A stretch of DNA of 61,030 nucleotides, filler included, from an uncultured bacterium (GCA_964637655.1; 3 parts of 3 records of this genome joined end to end with filler, not necessarily neighbours in it), one strand, 5' to 3'; positions 18,708-28,378 are shown, counted from the first letter of the whole stretch. The notes: generated from the letters alone by a model not told the origin. A program made the numbers and translations.

Positions 18708-18772
18708 AGGCTACGATTAGCGCTCTGCGTTGAGCTGCGCCAGCGGCGAAGCGCAGAAGCGCGAAGTTCGCC
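18708..18772 (-). repeat. attC site 6 (R' reads GTA)
   Basis: ggctac-gatta-gcgctctgcgtt..aagcgcagaagcgc-gaa-gttcgcc. Confidence 0.88.
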
Positions 18773-18803
18773 GTTACGCACGTTCATCATTTTCCCCGCC
18801 CCT

Positions 18804-19697
18804 TTACCGTTCTCGATCGCCCGCGAGACGCACGCGCGAATTGCGAACCACTTCCAAGCACCGAGTAAAGTACTCCGCCCTCTTTTCGATATCCGTCTCA
18901 ATAATCCAGAGATAGCACCGCTGCCCGTTGTTAAAACGAATATCAAGCGAAGGCAGTATGAACCCGGAACGTCGGTTGTCGAGCGTTAGCGAATCTGAAA
19001 CGATTAGCCATTGAAAACTAGTCATCGAGGAGATTCCGTCCCAGAAATGCCGCTCATAACCCATAAAATATTCCCTCGTTGTACTGTGAAAATACCACGC
19101 CGGAAAAGCAGTTTGGCCGCCGCCATAGTCACAACCACGACGATATTCTCCGCGGGGAGTAAGAATACCAATCGAATCCATAAGATCGACCATCCGGGGT
19201 GCGGGCCGGTCAAGTATAACAATATTTGCAGTGGGAAACGTATCTCCAAAGACGTGATAGGCCAGATCAAAGGGAATATCGCCAATAACGGTTGGTCTGC
19301 CGTCATATCTGTGTTCGGCAAAATCCGCAGTATCTATTGCTTGGCAATCAAGTTTTGCCATCTCGCTCCATATTTTTGTCGTAATCTGACGTCCGGGATC
19401 GCGCTCCCGCCCCATGTAGTGCCACCCGCATCGCAATCGCAGTAAATCACCGTCGGCAATAGGGACAAAACTGGTTAGTTCTCCACTCGCGCGTAGGCGC
19501 CGGCCGTGCCATGTGTTCGGATCGGAATCTGTATTGTTTTCATAAAAAACCGCCGCCGAGCATGTTAGCGGCCGATAGAAAAGGTCGTACGACACCATCG
19601 TGCTGCTCGATGCTCCTGACGGCATAACCAGAACAAGAGCCATAACAGCAAACGCCAACTTTCCAGTCATAAATGGAATAAATCGGGCACCGACCAT
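18804..19697 (-). CDS. Hypothetical exported protein (cassette)
   Basis: SD GGAGG, signal-peptide-like N-terminus, fills the cassette. Confidence 0.7.
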   Translation of the reverse strand: MVGARFIPFMTGKLAFAVMALVLVMPSGASSSTMVSYDLFYRPLTCSAAVFYENNTDSDPNTWHGRRLRASGELTSFVPIADGDLLRLRCGWHYMGRERDPGRQITTKIWSEMAKLDCQAIDTADFAEHRYDGRPTVIGDIPFDLAYHVFGDTFPTANIVILDRPAPRMVDLMDSIGILTPRGEYRRGCDYGGGQTAFPAWYFHSTTREYFMGYERHFWDGISSMTSFQWLIVSDSLTLDNRRSGFILPSLDIRFNNGQRCYLWIIETDIEKRAEYFTRCLEVVRNSRVRLAGDRER

Positions 19698-19737
19698 TAA
19701 TGCGACCTCCCGGGTTTATCTATCATCATTACTTTCC

Positions 19738-19802
19738 GGCGAACGATTAGCGCTCTGCGTTGAGCCGCGCCAGCGGCGAAGCGCAGGAGCGATAAGTTAG
19801 CC
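19738..19802 (-). repeat. attC site 7
   Basis: ggcgaac-gatta-gcgctctgcgtt..aagcgcaggagcgataa-gttagcc. Confidence 0.88.
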
Positions 19803-19909
19803 CTATGCCTGCTATTTTACCGCGTTCCGGGTAGCCGGTCAACATGCTTCCGCAGATGCACTCGGACTGGATTTCGAGGCGATACACACCTACGGCTGAA
19901 TCCTTCATA

Positions 19910-20447
19910 TCATTCCTCCGATGCGATACTAGGGATTGCTTGTAGAATCAGTTCACCTCTCCGAACATTTCCATATCTTATTACATATTGCCTGCAATAT
20001 CGTATATAGTCCTTCACCGCTTGGTCGGGAGGAACACTCGGGATATGTCCATACAATTTGCAGTTCCTATAGTATAATTTGGCATAGTCAACTGCTGCAG
20101 CGAATTCCGTATTCCAAGTATCCCCCATATCGTCTACCGGTTCCGACCCAATTTTCACATAAACATATTCTGTTGAGGGGGATTGTCGAATATCTATGTA
20201 GCGTCGAATATCTGTGGAACCACGACGGATGTAGTAGCCGTGCGTCATGTGTATTGATACACCAGTCGCTATACTTGGTGATATCATGTCCGCGACAACA
20301 TATTTCCTAGGAAAGAATGCTATCCCATTGGTATCGGTAAATGCTACTTCAGAAGACAACGTATATTCGTTTAACAATCCCGCGCGGTAATCTGCGTATT
20401 CTGACAAACCTCGCCGCCCCATTCTGATAAACTTCGCCGGGTGATTC
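19910..20447 (-). CDS. Hypothetical protein (cassette), probably 5'-truncated by contig end
   Basis: AT-rich ORF whose frame stays open from ATG 20422 to the gap. Confidence 0.6.
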
Positions 20448-20547
20448 NNNNNNNNNNNNNNNNNNNNNNNNNNNNNNNNNNNNNNNNNNNNTTAATTAAT
20501 TAANNNNNNNNNNNNNNNNNNNNNNNNNNNNNNNNNNNNNNNNNNNN
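20448..20547. other. Artificial contig linker
   Basis: N44-TTAATTAATTAA-N44, stops in all six frames. Confidence 0.97.
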
Positions 20548-21024
20548 TATCGCCAGCTGCTGGAAATCGGGCGCTACCACGCGGCGCATGCGCGGCACGC
20601 GGAGGCCATGACGGTCTTCCGCCAGCTGCTCGACCTGACGCTGTTCGACAAGGTCGAAGTGCGCTTCGAACTCGGGCGCGCGCTCGCGGCGCTCGGGCAG
20701 CATGACGAGGCGATCACCCACCTGCAGCAGGTCAAACGCGGCAACGCCCTGATGCGCTGGCAGGCGCGGCTGCATATCGCGCTCTGCCTGCTGGCCAAGG
20801 GGATGCCCGAACTGGCGCTGGCGCAGCTCGAGGAGATTCCTGCCGACACGGCCGGCTTCGATCCGGAACTGCGGCTGGCGGTCTGCTACTACCGCGGGCG
20901 GGCGCTCGAGGAACAGGGGAACGCGACTGGGGCGGCGGAACAGTACCGCGCGGTGCTGCTCGGCGACCTCAAGTACCGTGACGCGGCGACGCGGCTGGCC
21001 CGCCTGACGGCGCCGCGCGCCTGA
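20548..21024 (+). CDS. TPR repeat protein, 5' partial
   Basis: TPR-like helices (FELGRALAALGQHDEAI, YYRGRALEEQG), YRDAATRL C-terminus. Confidence 0.75.
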   Translation, partial: YRQLLEIGRYHAAHARHAEAMTVFRQLLDLTLFDKVEVRFELGRALAALGQHDEAITHLQQVKRGNALMRWQARLHIALCLLAKGMPELALAQLEEIPADTAGFDPELRLAVCYYRGRALEEQGNATGAAEQYRAVLLGDLKYRDAATRLARLTAPRA

Positions 21025-21030
21025 ACCGCC

Positions 21031-22758
21031 ATGCGTCACCTGCGCGACAATCTCGTGGTCGCGCTGCTCATCCTGGTGCTGGCCCCGGCGCTGTTCTTCA
21101 CCCTCTACACGTTCTCGCTGCTGGATACGCTGCTGCGGGAACGCGGGGAGGAGCGGCTGACCCTGCACGGGCAGCAGGCGCAGGCGCGCTACCTGCAGGC
21201 GCGTCGCGCGGGGGCGGCGACGGCACTGCTTGACAGCGACGCCGTGGCCGTCGATACCGACGTGGTGGTGCTGCAGCTCGCGGACGGGCGCAGCCCGGTG
21301 CCGCGGGCGCTGTGGGACGGGGTGCAGGCGGGGGATAACGTGCTGGTGACGACTGCCGTGGCCCGGCCGTATCCGGACGGTCTGCGGCATGCCCCGGCCC
21401 GCCTGTTGCTCTGGCGCACCCCCGACGGGCCGGTGCTCGCGCTGGTGCAGCAGGTGGCCGAGGAAGCGGCGCGGCGGCAGCGGGTGCTCATCGATACGCT
21501 CGCCTGGAGCGGGGTCTTCATCGCCTTCGCGCTGCTCCTGGCGCTGCTGCTTGCCCGCCGCCTCACCCGCCCCGTGCTCTTTCTGCAGCGCTGGGCGGAG
21601 CAGGTGGAGCGCGGCGAGCGGAGCGCCACGCTGCGCATCACGCGCCGCGACGAACTGGGACGCCTGGCGGCTTCCCTGCAGCGGATGAGCGAACGACTCA
21701 ACGAGCAGATCGGTCACCTGCAGGAACTGCGGCAGTATAACGACTGCCTCATCGAGTCGATGTTCAGCGGGCTGGTGACGCTCGAGGCGGACGGGCGGCT
21801 GCGTGCGCTCAACGGGCGCGCGCGACAGCTGCTGGCGCTCCCCGACGGCGACCTGCGCGGCCGCCCGTACCCGGAGCTCTTCGCCGCGCAGCCGGACCTG
21901 CAGCGGGTGATGCACGCGACGCTCGCGCGGGGGCGGGAGGCGCAGCGCGAGGAAATCAGCGTCAGTACCGGCGGCGGGGAGCGGACGTTCGGCATCAGCA
22001 GCAACCGCCTGCGCAGCGCTGACGGCGCGGTGCACGGCGCCGCGTTCTTCTTCCAGGACCTGACGGAAATCAAGGAACTGGAGCGGCGCGTGCGCCAGCA
22101 GGAAAAACTGGCCGCGCTCGGGGAGATGGCGGCGGCGGTGGCGCACGAGGTGCGCAACCCGCTCAACCCCATCCGCGGCTTTGCCCAGCTGCTGCAGGAG
22201 GAGGACGACCCCGCCGAGGCGCGGCAGTACGCGGGGATCATCATCAGCCAGGTCGACGCGCTGCGCCGGCTGGTTGACAACCTGCTGCTCTATGCGCGGC
22301 CCGGCGATGTGACGGCCAGCGACCTCGATGTCGCCGACCTGGTGACCGAGTCGCTGACGTTGCACCGGCAGCAGTGCACGGAGAAGGAACTGCGCGTGCA
22401 GGCCGCCGTGCCGGCCCCGCTCCCGTGGCGCACGGGACTGGCGCAGTTGCGGATGATCATCGATAATCTCGTGCGCAATGCCGTGGCGGTGCTGCCGGCC
22501 GGCGGACTGCTGCGCGTGACGGCGGCGGCGGCGGACGGCTGGCTGACGGTGACGGTAACGGACGACGGGCCGGGCATCGCCCCGGAACACCAGCCGCATC
22601 TCTTCACCGCGTTTTTTACCACGCGGGCGCAGGGGACGGGGCTCGGGCTGGCGCTGGTGAAGAAGATGACGGACGATTGCGGCGGCACGGTGAGCGTGGT
22701 CTCGCGCCCGGGCGCGGGGGCGGCCTTTACCGTGCGGCTCCCCTGGAGGAACAGCTGA
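21031..22758 (+). CDS. HAMP-PAS sensor histidine kinase (NtrB/ZraS-like)
   Basis: AHEVRNPL H-box, NLVRNA, DDGPGI, GTGLGL. Confidence 0.92.
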   Translation: MRHLRDNLVVALLILVLAPALFFTLYTFSLLDTLLRERGEERLTLHGQQAQARYLQARRAGAATALLDSDAVAVDTDVVVLQLADGRSPVPRALWDGVQAGDNVLVTTAVARPYPDGLRHAPARLLLWRTPDGPVLALVQQVAEEAARRQRVLIDTLAWSGVFIAFALLLALLLARRLTRPVLFLQRWAEQVERGERSATLRITRRDELGRLAASLQRMSERLNEQIGHLQELRQYNDCLIESMFSGLVTLEADGRLRALNGRARQLLALPDGDLRGRPYPELFAAQPDLQRVMHATLARGREAQREEISVSTGGGERTFGISSNRLRSADGAVHGAAFFFQDLTEIKELERRVRQQEKLAALGEMAAAVAHEVRNPLNPIRGFAQLLQEEDDPAEARQYAGIIISQVDALRRLVDNLLLYARPGDVTASDLDVADLVTESLTLHRQQCTEKELRVQAAVPAPLPWRTGLAQLRMIIDNLVRNAVAVLPAGGLLRVTAAAADGWLTVTVTDDGPGIAPEHQPHLFTAFFTTRAQGTGLGLALVKKMTDDCGGTVSVVSRPGAGAAFTVRLPWRNS

Positions 22759-23201
22759 TGCGCACTGCGCTGGTGGTCGACGATATCGCCTATACGCGCC
22801 TGCTCTACGGCAAGGCACTGAAAAAACTCGGCTATGCGGTCACCGAGGCGGAGAACGGCAAGGAGGCGGTGCGCCGCGCGCTGACCAGCCCGCCCGCCCT
22901 TATCCTGCTCGACCTCAATCTGCCCGACCTCAGTGGTCTCGAAGTGCTGCAGACGCTGCGGGCGCAGCAGATGACCGCCCCGGTCATCGTCATTACCGCC
23001 AATGAGGACCGGGCGCTGGTCATGAAACTCGTCGCGCTCGGCATCAGCGACTACCTGATCAAGCCCGTCGATATCTTCGAACTGCAGCAGCGGGTGCAGC
23101 GCGCGCTGGGCGAGGCGCCGGCGGAAACACCGCCGCCCGCCGCCGCCCCGCCGCCGGCGCCGGCAGCGGGCGGCACCACGGAGGATGATGATGACGACTG
23201 A
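22758..23201 (+). CDS. Single-domain response regulator
   Basis: LVVDD, LLDLNLPD, ITA, IKP; TGATG coupling. Confidence 0.9.
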   Translation: MRTALVVDDIAYTRLLYGKALKKLGYAVTEAENGKEAVRRALTSPPALILLDLNLPDLSGLEVLQTLRAQQMTAPVIVITANEDRALVMKLVALGISDYLIKPVDIFELQQRVQRALGEAPAETPPPAAAPPPAPAAGGTTEDDDDD

Positions 23202-24315
23202 ACGGCTGTACCACTTTGACTGCCGCCACTACCGGGGCGACCGTCCCTGCGCCGCCGGCGGCGACTGCGGCGGCTGCACACAGTACCGGCGCTTCGGGCA
23301 CCGCATCCTCATCATCAAGTGGGGGGCGCGCGGCGACACGCTGCGCACCACGCCGGTGCTGCGTGCGCTGCGCGCGCAGTGGCCCGACGCGCATATCTCC
23401 TGGCTGACCGCGCCTGAGTCGGTGCCGCTGCTCGTCCACAACCCGCTGGTCGACCGGGTCTATGCCTTCGACGCGCTCGGGGTGACCGCCCTGCTGCCGC
23501 AGACCTTCGACCTGCTCCTCTCGTTCGACAAGGAACCGGGGGCGCTGGGCATGGCGATGCAGGTGCGCGCGACGGAAAAACGCGGGTTCGCCATGACCGA
23601 GCACGGCGCGCTGACGGTGTTCAACCCCGCCTCGCGCTACGCGCTGCAACTCGGGGTGGATGACGACCTCAAGTTCCGCCGCAATACCCTCACCTATCCC
23701 GAGATCATTTTCGCCATGGCGGAACTCCCGTATCGGCATGAGACCTTCGTACTCGAGGTGGCGGAGGAGGAGCAGGCCCGCGCCCGCGCCCGCCTGCGCG
23801 GGTGGTTCGGCGACCGCCCGGTCATCGGGCTCAATACCGGCTGCGGCCGGGTCTATGCCGCCAAGTCGTGGTCGCAGGAGAATTTCATCGCGCTGGCGCG
23901 CACCCTCATCCGCCGCGGGCAGCAGGTGCTGCTGCTCGGCGGGGCCGACGAGCGCGCGCGCAACGAGGCGATCAGCGAGGCGACGGACGGGCGCGCGGTT
24001 ATCGGGGCGACGCAGGACAACCTGCGCGACCTGGTGGCGCTGATCGACCGCTGTGCCGCGGTGGTGACGGGCGACACGCTCGCCCTGCACGTGGCCGTGG
24101 CGCGGCAGGTGCCCGTGGTCGCGCTTATCGGCCCGACCTCGGCGACGGAAATCGACCTGTACGGGCGCGGTGAGAAGGTGGTGACACAACGGGAGTGCGC
24201 CCCCTGCTACAAGGCCGCCTGTCCGCTCCCGGTTTCCTGCATGCAGGAACTCCGCCCGGATACCGTGCTGGCGGCGCTCGACCGCGTGCTGGCCCTGCCG
24301 CCGCGGCAGGCCTGA
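23185..24315 (+). CDS. Glycosyltransferase family 9 (LPS heptosyltransferase-like)
   Basis: IIKWGARGDTLRTTP, VTGDTLALHVAVA, GPT, CAPCYK. Confidence 0.9.
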   Translation: MMMTTERLYHFDCRHYRGDRPCAAGGDCGGCTQYRRFGHRILIIKWGARGDTLRTTPVLRALRAQWPDAHISWLTAPESVPLLVHNPLVDRVYAFDALGVTALLPQTFDLLLSFDKEPGALGMAMQVRATEKRGFAMTEHGALTVFNPASRYALQLGVDDDLKFRRNTLTYPEIIFAMAELPYRHETFVLEVAEEEQARARARLRGWFGDRPVIGLNTGCGRVYAAKSWSQENFIALARTLIRRGQQVLLLGGADERARNEAISEATDGRAVIGATQDNLRDLVALIDRCAAVVTGDTLALHVAVARQVPVVALIGPTSATEIDLYGRGEKVVTQRECAPCYKAACPLPVSCMQELRPDTVLAALDRVLALPPRQA

Positions 24316-24320
24316 GGACG

Positions 24321-25928
24321 ATGGCGGAACGTACGTCGCGGCGGCGCGACCGCTGGCTGCTCGCTGCCGCGGAGCGCCTCGGCGGCTGGTATCTGCGGTG
24401 GCTGGAGCCGCGGGTCGATGGCGACAGTTATTTTCGCGAGTACCTGACCGACGCGCGTGCCGCGGGCAAGGGGGTTATCCTCGCTTTCTGGCACGCGCAG
24501 ATGATCCCGCTGGCGGTCACCTACCGGCAGCAGGATATCGCCGTGCTCATTTCGACGCACCGCGACGGGGAAATTATCGCGCGGCTGATTGCGGCGCGCG
24601 GTTTTTGCTGCGTGCGCGGCTCCACCCATCGCGACCCGGCGCGTGCCTCGGTGCGGGTGCTGCGGCTGCTGCGTGAAGGCGCGACCGTGGCCATCACGCC
24701 CGACGGGCCGCGCGGACCGCGCGAGCGGGTGCAGGGAGGCATCATCCGGCTCGCCGGTATGAGCGGGGCACCCATTGTCACGATGGCGACCGCGGCACAC
24801 CCGGTATGCCGCCTGCGCAGCTGGGACCGCTTCCAGGTGCCGCTGCCGTGGTCGCGCTTTCACGTGCGCCTCGGGCCGCCGCTGCATGTGCCCCCCGGCC
24901 TGACAGAAGCGCAGGCGGAGGAGTACCGGCGGCGGCTGGAACAGCAGCTCGCCAACCTGACCGCCGAGGCGGAAAAATCCGTGGCGGACGCGCGCGTCCC
25001 GCTGCGCAACCGCTGCGGCGAATGGCTGCTGCGCGCCGCCGCCGTGTGCTGGCGGCTGCTGCCGGCGCGCGTGGCGCTCGCCAGCGGGCGGCTGCTCGGG
25101 ACGCTGGCGTATGCCGCGCTGCGGCGCCACCGCGAACTGGCGGTGGCCAACCTGCGGCAGGCACTGCCGCAGTACGGCGACGCGGAAGCGCGGCGTATCA
25201 TCCGTGACAATTTCCGTCACTACGGGCTTTGCCTCGTCGAATTCGTCCGCCTCAAACAGTTTGCCGCGGGTGGGCACCTCCTCGCCATCCCGTTTACCGT
25301 CGAACAGCACCTGCGCGACGCCTACGCGGCGGGCAAAGGGCTCATCATCCTCACCGCGCACCTCGGCAACTTCGAACTGCTGGGCGCGGTCATCACCGCG
25401 CGCGGGCATAATTTCGTGACGCTGGCGCGCGGCGCCGACGCGCCCGCGCTCGAACGCCTGCTGCAGGAGGTGCGCCGCTCGGTTGGCATGCGCATGATCG
25501 ACAAGGACGCGGCGGGACGCAACCTCCTCTCGGCGTTGCGCCGCAACGAGGGCATTGCCGTGCTGGTCGACGTCAACGCCGGGCACAAGGGGATCTTTGT
25601 GCCGTTTTTCGGGCGGCCTGCCTCGACCTATGCTATTGTTGCGGAACTGGCGCAGCGCACCGGGTGTGCGGTGGTGCCCCTGTTCATCCGCCGTCTGGCG
25701 GACGGAACGCATACGGTGACCATCGCGCCGCCGCTGCCGTGGCTGCCGGCTGCCGAAGGGCAGGACGCCATTGCGGTCAACACCGCGCAGTACAACGCGG
25801 TCTACGAGCAGTTCATCGCCCGGTACCCGGAGCAGTGGTTCTGGGCGCATAACCGCTGGAAAACGCGCCCGGCCGGGCCCGCGGCGGATCATGAAGTACG
25901 AGGAGGAGAATCATGCGTGCAGGAATGA
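24321..25928 (+). CDS. Fusion of DUF374-type acyltransferase and LpxL/HtrB-type lipid A acyltransferase
   Basis: FWH, STHRDG, RGS, TPDGPRGP, SWDRF, then TAHLGNFE, VPFFG, PEQWFWAHNRWK. Confidence 0.85.
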   Translation: MAERTSRRRDRWLLAAAERLGGWYLRWLEPRVDGDSYFREYLTDARAAGKGVILAFWHAQMIPLAVTYRQQDIAVLISTHRDGEIIARLIAARGFCCVRGSTHRDPARASVRVLRLLREGATVAITPDGPRGPRERVQGGIIRLAGMSGAPIVTMATAAHPVCRLRSWDRFQVPLPWSRFHVRLGPPLHVPPGLTEAQAEEYRRRLEQQLANLTAEAEKSVADARVPLRNRCGEWLLRAAAVCWRLLPARVALASGRLLGTLAYAALRRHRELAVANLRQALPQYGDAEARRIIRDNFRHYGLCLVEFVRLKQFAAGGHLLAIPFTVEQHLRDAYAAGKGLIILTAHLGNFELLGAVITARGHNFVTLARGADAPALERLLQEVRRSVGMRMIDKDAAGRNLLSALRRNEGIAVLVDVNAGHKGIFVPFFGRPASTYAIVAELAQRTGCAVVPLFIRRLADGTHTVTIAPPLPWLPAAEGQDAIAVNTAQYNAVYEQFIARYPEQWFWAHNRWKTRPAGPAADHEVRGGESCVQE

Positions 25929-26299
25929 AGATGGCAGTGCTGGTACTGCTGGCGGCGGGAGTGTGTGCCTGCCAGCGGCCGGCGTCACACCTGGCGCCGG
26001 CGGACGAAGTGGTGCAGGCGCGGGTCGGCAGCGAATTCACTGTCGCCCTGAATGCCAATCCGACCACGGGCTACCAGTGGAAACTGGTGCCGCTGGCCAC
26101 TGAGGCGTCGGTGCAGTTCGTTTCGCGCAGTTTTGTCGCGGACACGCCGCAGCGGCTGGGGAGCGGCGGGACGGAAACCTGGACCTTCCGCGCCCTGCGT
26201 GCAGGTGCAGCGCAGCTCGAATTCACCTACGTGCGGCCGTGGGAGGCGGGGGTTGATCCCGTCCAGCACCGCACGATCAACGTCGAAATTCTCCCGTAA
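25913..26299 (+). CDS. Chagasin/I42 protease inhibitor lipoprotein
   Basis: NPTTGYQW, GSGG, YVRPWE; lipobox-like Cys. Confidence 0.9.
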   Translation: MRAGMKMAVLVLLAAGVCACQRPASHLAPADEVVQARVGSEFTVALNANPTTGYQWKLVPLATEASVQFVSRSFVADTPQRLGSGGTETWTFRALRAGAAQLEFTYVRPWEAGVDPVQHRTINVEILP

Positions 26300-26310
26300 G
26301 GAGCCCGACT

Positions 26311-26940
26311 ATGCACACGACTATCGGTCGGCTGATGGTGATCACGGACAGCACGCAGACGGCGGCGCGCGGCCTGCTGGCGGCGGCTACCGCCTGCCTG
26401 CGCGGCGGCGCCGACATGGTGCAGTACCGCGAGAAGGGGCGGTCGGACTATGCCCGGCGCGAGGAGATCAATGACCTCCTCTATGTCACCCGCCCGCGCG
26501 GCGTGCCGCTGGTGGTCAACGACTGGTTTGATCTGGCCATCGCCTGCGGCGCCGACGGGTTCCAGCTCGGGCAGCAGGACATGTCGGTGGCGGATGCGCG
26601 GGTTATCGGCGGCGACTGTCTCATCGGCTGCACGGTGCATTCGCTGGCACAGGCACGGAAAGCGGTGGCTGACGGGGCCGACTTCCTCATGGCCGGGCCC
26701 GCCTTTCCGACCCGTGACGAGCATTTTCCCGATGCGCCGGGCGGTCTTACACTCATCCGCGACCTGGCCGCGGCCGGAATCACCGTGCCGTGGTTCGCGG
26801 CCGGCGGCATCAATGAGCGGAACGCGGCGGAAGTGGTGGCGGCGGGAGCGCAGCGTCTCGCGGTCTGTACCGCGCTGATGGCGGCGCCTGACCCGGCGGC
26901 GGTTGCCGCAACATTCGCCGCCCTGCTGACCAGAAAATAG
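26311..26940 (+). CDS. thiE: Thiamine phosphate synthase
   Basis: VQYREK, VVND, LGQQD, AGGI. Confidence 0.85.
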   Translation: MHTTIGRLMVITDSTQTAARGLLAAATACLRGGADMVQYREKGRSDYARREEINDLLYVTRPRGVPLVVNDWFDLAIACGADGFQLGQQDMSVADARVIGGDCLIGCTVHSLAQARKAVADGADFLMAGPAFPTRDEHFPDAPGGLTLIRDLAAAGITVPWFAAGGINERNAAEVVAAGAQRLAVCTALMAAPDPAAVAATFAALLTRK

Positions 26941-26973
26941 CCGCAACGCGTTTTCGCGCCGCGGCCTGAACGG

Positions 26974-28266
26974 TTACGCTTTCAGTGCGGCGCAGGCCCG
27001 GTGGAGGTTCTCGAACAGTTCGGGGATGTCGCTCGCTTTTGCCGAGGAGAAGGCGATGCGCAGCACGCTCCCCAGCGCGATGACCGCGGTGTCGTACTCC
27101 GTGAGCAGTTTCTGCCGCACCTGCTCGGGGTCGAGCCCGCCCTTCAGTTCCACGCACATAAAGTAGCCGGAATTGTACGGCAGCGGGGCGAAATACTGCG
27201 CGTATTTTGCGTCCGCGAGGACTTCGCGCACCTTCCGGTAGCGCTGTTGCAGCAGCACGAATTTCTCCTGTTTTTCCGCGGCATACGCCGGCGAGGTGAA
27301 CGCCTGCAGCAGCAGCGACTGCGAGGGCATCGGTGCGTTCGAAATGTTGCCGCGGATGGCGCCCCCCGTCTTGTTCTCCAGCGCCGCCGCCACCGCCGGG
27401 GTCATCCCCTTGCAGCCGTAGGTGATGAAACCGACACGGAAGCCCCAGACATAGTCCTCCTTGGTCGGGCCGTCCGCCTTCACCGCCAGCACGCGCTCAT
27501 GCAGGTCAGCCAGCGGGGCGAACAGCGACTCGGGGTAGATGTCGTCCTCGTAGTTGAGCCCGAAGTAGGCGTCGTCGCAGACCGCGAGGATCTCGTCCCC
27601 CGCTTCCGCGCGCTCGCGGATGGCGGCGATGATGGCCGCGGCTTCCGCTTTCGTCGGGGAATAGCCCGTCGGGTTGTTCGGGAAATTGAGCACGACCACC
27701 TTCTTGCCGGTCCTGCCGCCCAGCGCCGTGCGGAAGGCGTCGACATTGAAACCCTGCCCGGCGAACGTCGGGAAGAACTTCAGCTTCGCCCCGTAGGCGA
27801 GTTCGAAGGTCAGGTCGTAGTTCTCCCAGTACTTGTCGGCGAGGATGACCTCGTCACCCGCGTTGAGGAAGAGGTAGCCGATCATCGACAGTCCGTGGGT
27901 CAGCGCGCAGGAGACGACGGGATTCGACACGTGCGCGGGGAGTGACGGGTTCTTGGCCTGCATCTGCTGCCGCCACGCGGCGCGGATCTCGGGGGTGCCG
28001 AAGCTCGGGGCGTAGGGGAAGACCTGCGCGGGGGGGAGCGCAATCTTGCCGGCGATGCTCGGGAGCCGCATCGGCGTGCCGTCATCATCGATCCCCGCGC
28101 CGATGGTGGCGTTGATGCGCTTGCCCTTCGCTTCCGCCGACTGGGAGAGAATGCCCAGTTTCGGGAAGTAGATGGCTTTGCCGCGGTCGGAGAGCAGCTT
28201 GAGCACGGTGGGGCATGCCTGTAGGGCGTCGTTGAGCTGTACTGCCTGCGGATTGAGGGTCGACAT
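26974..28266 (-). CDS. PLP-dependent aminotransferase class I/II
   Basis: NATIG, NFPNNPTGY, DDAY, DGPTKE..WGFRVG; SD GGAGG. Confidence 0.9.
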   Translation of the reverse strand: MSTLNPQAVQLNDALQACPTVLKLLSDRGKAIYFPKLGILSQSAEAKGKRINATIGAGIDDDGTPMRLPSIAGKIALPPAQVFPYAPSFGTPEIRAAWRQQMQAKNPSLPAHVSNPVVSCALTHGLSMIGYLFLNAGDEVILADKYWENYDLTFELAYGAKLKFFPTFAGQGFNVDAFRTALGGRTGKKVVVLNFPNNPTGYSPTKAEAAAIIAAIRERAEAGDEILAVCDDAYFGLNYEDDIYPESLFAPLADLHERVLAVKADGPTKEDYVWGFRVGFITYGCKGMTPAVAAALENKTGGAIRGNISNAPMPSQSLLLQAFTSPAYAAEKQEKFVLLQQRYRKVREVLADAKYAQYFAPLPYNSGYFMCVELKGGLDPEQVRQKLLTEYDTAVIALGSVLRIAFSSAKASDIPELFENLHRACAALKA

Positions 28267-28378
28267 GGTCGTTTCCTCCGGTCGTGATGGCGCGGCCGGA
28301 ACGGCCGTATCATCCGCCCGGCCGATGCCCGACGGATAATGCGCGGTAGCATAGCAGAAGCAGGCGCCACGCGCAACA

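Larger units (their letters stand above)
15359..20447 (-). mobile_element. Integron-type cassette array 1 (7 attC sites; proximal end lost in contig break; no intI seen)
   Basis: Seven homologous hairpins alternating with AT-rich minus-strand genes; core boxes complementary across each cassette (GTTATGC/GCATAAC, GTTCGGC/GCCGAAC, GTTCGCC/GGCGAAC). Confidence 0.9.

Noticed and set aside
15359-19802. Repeats as a CRISPR array or simple REP/terminator elements
   Set aside because: The spacers are whole genes of 0.4-1 kb, there are no cas genes, and core boxes are complementary cassette by cassette, which fits attC sites
20448-20547. TTAATTAATTAA palindromes and gene linkage across them (also 40798-40897)
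   Set aside because: Identical synthetic all-frame-stop linkers between contigs of descending length
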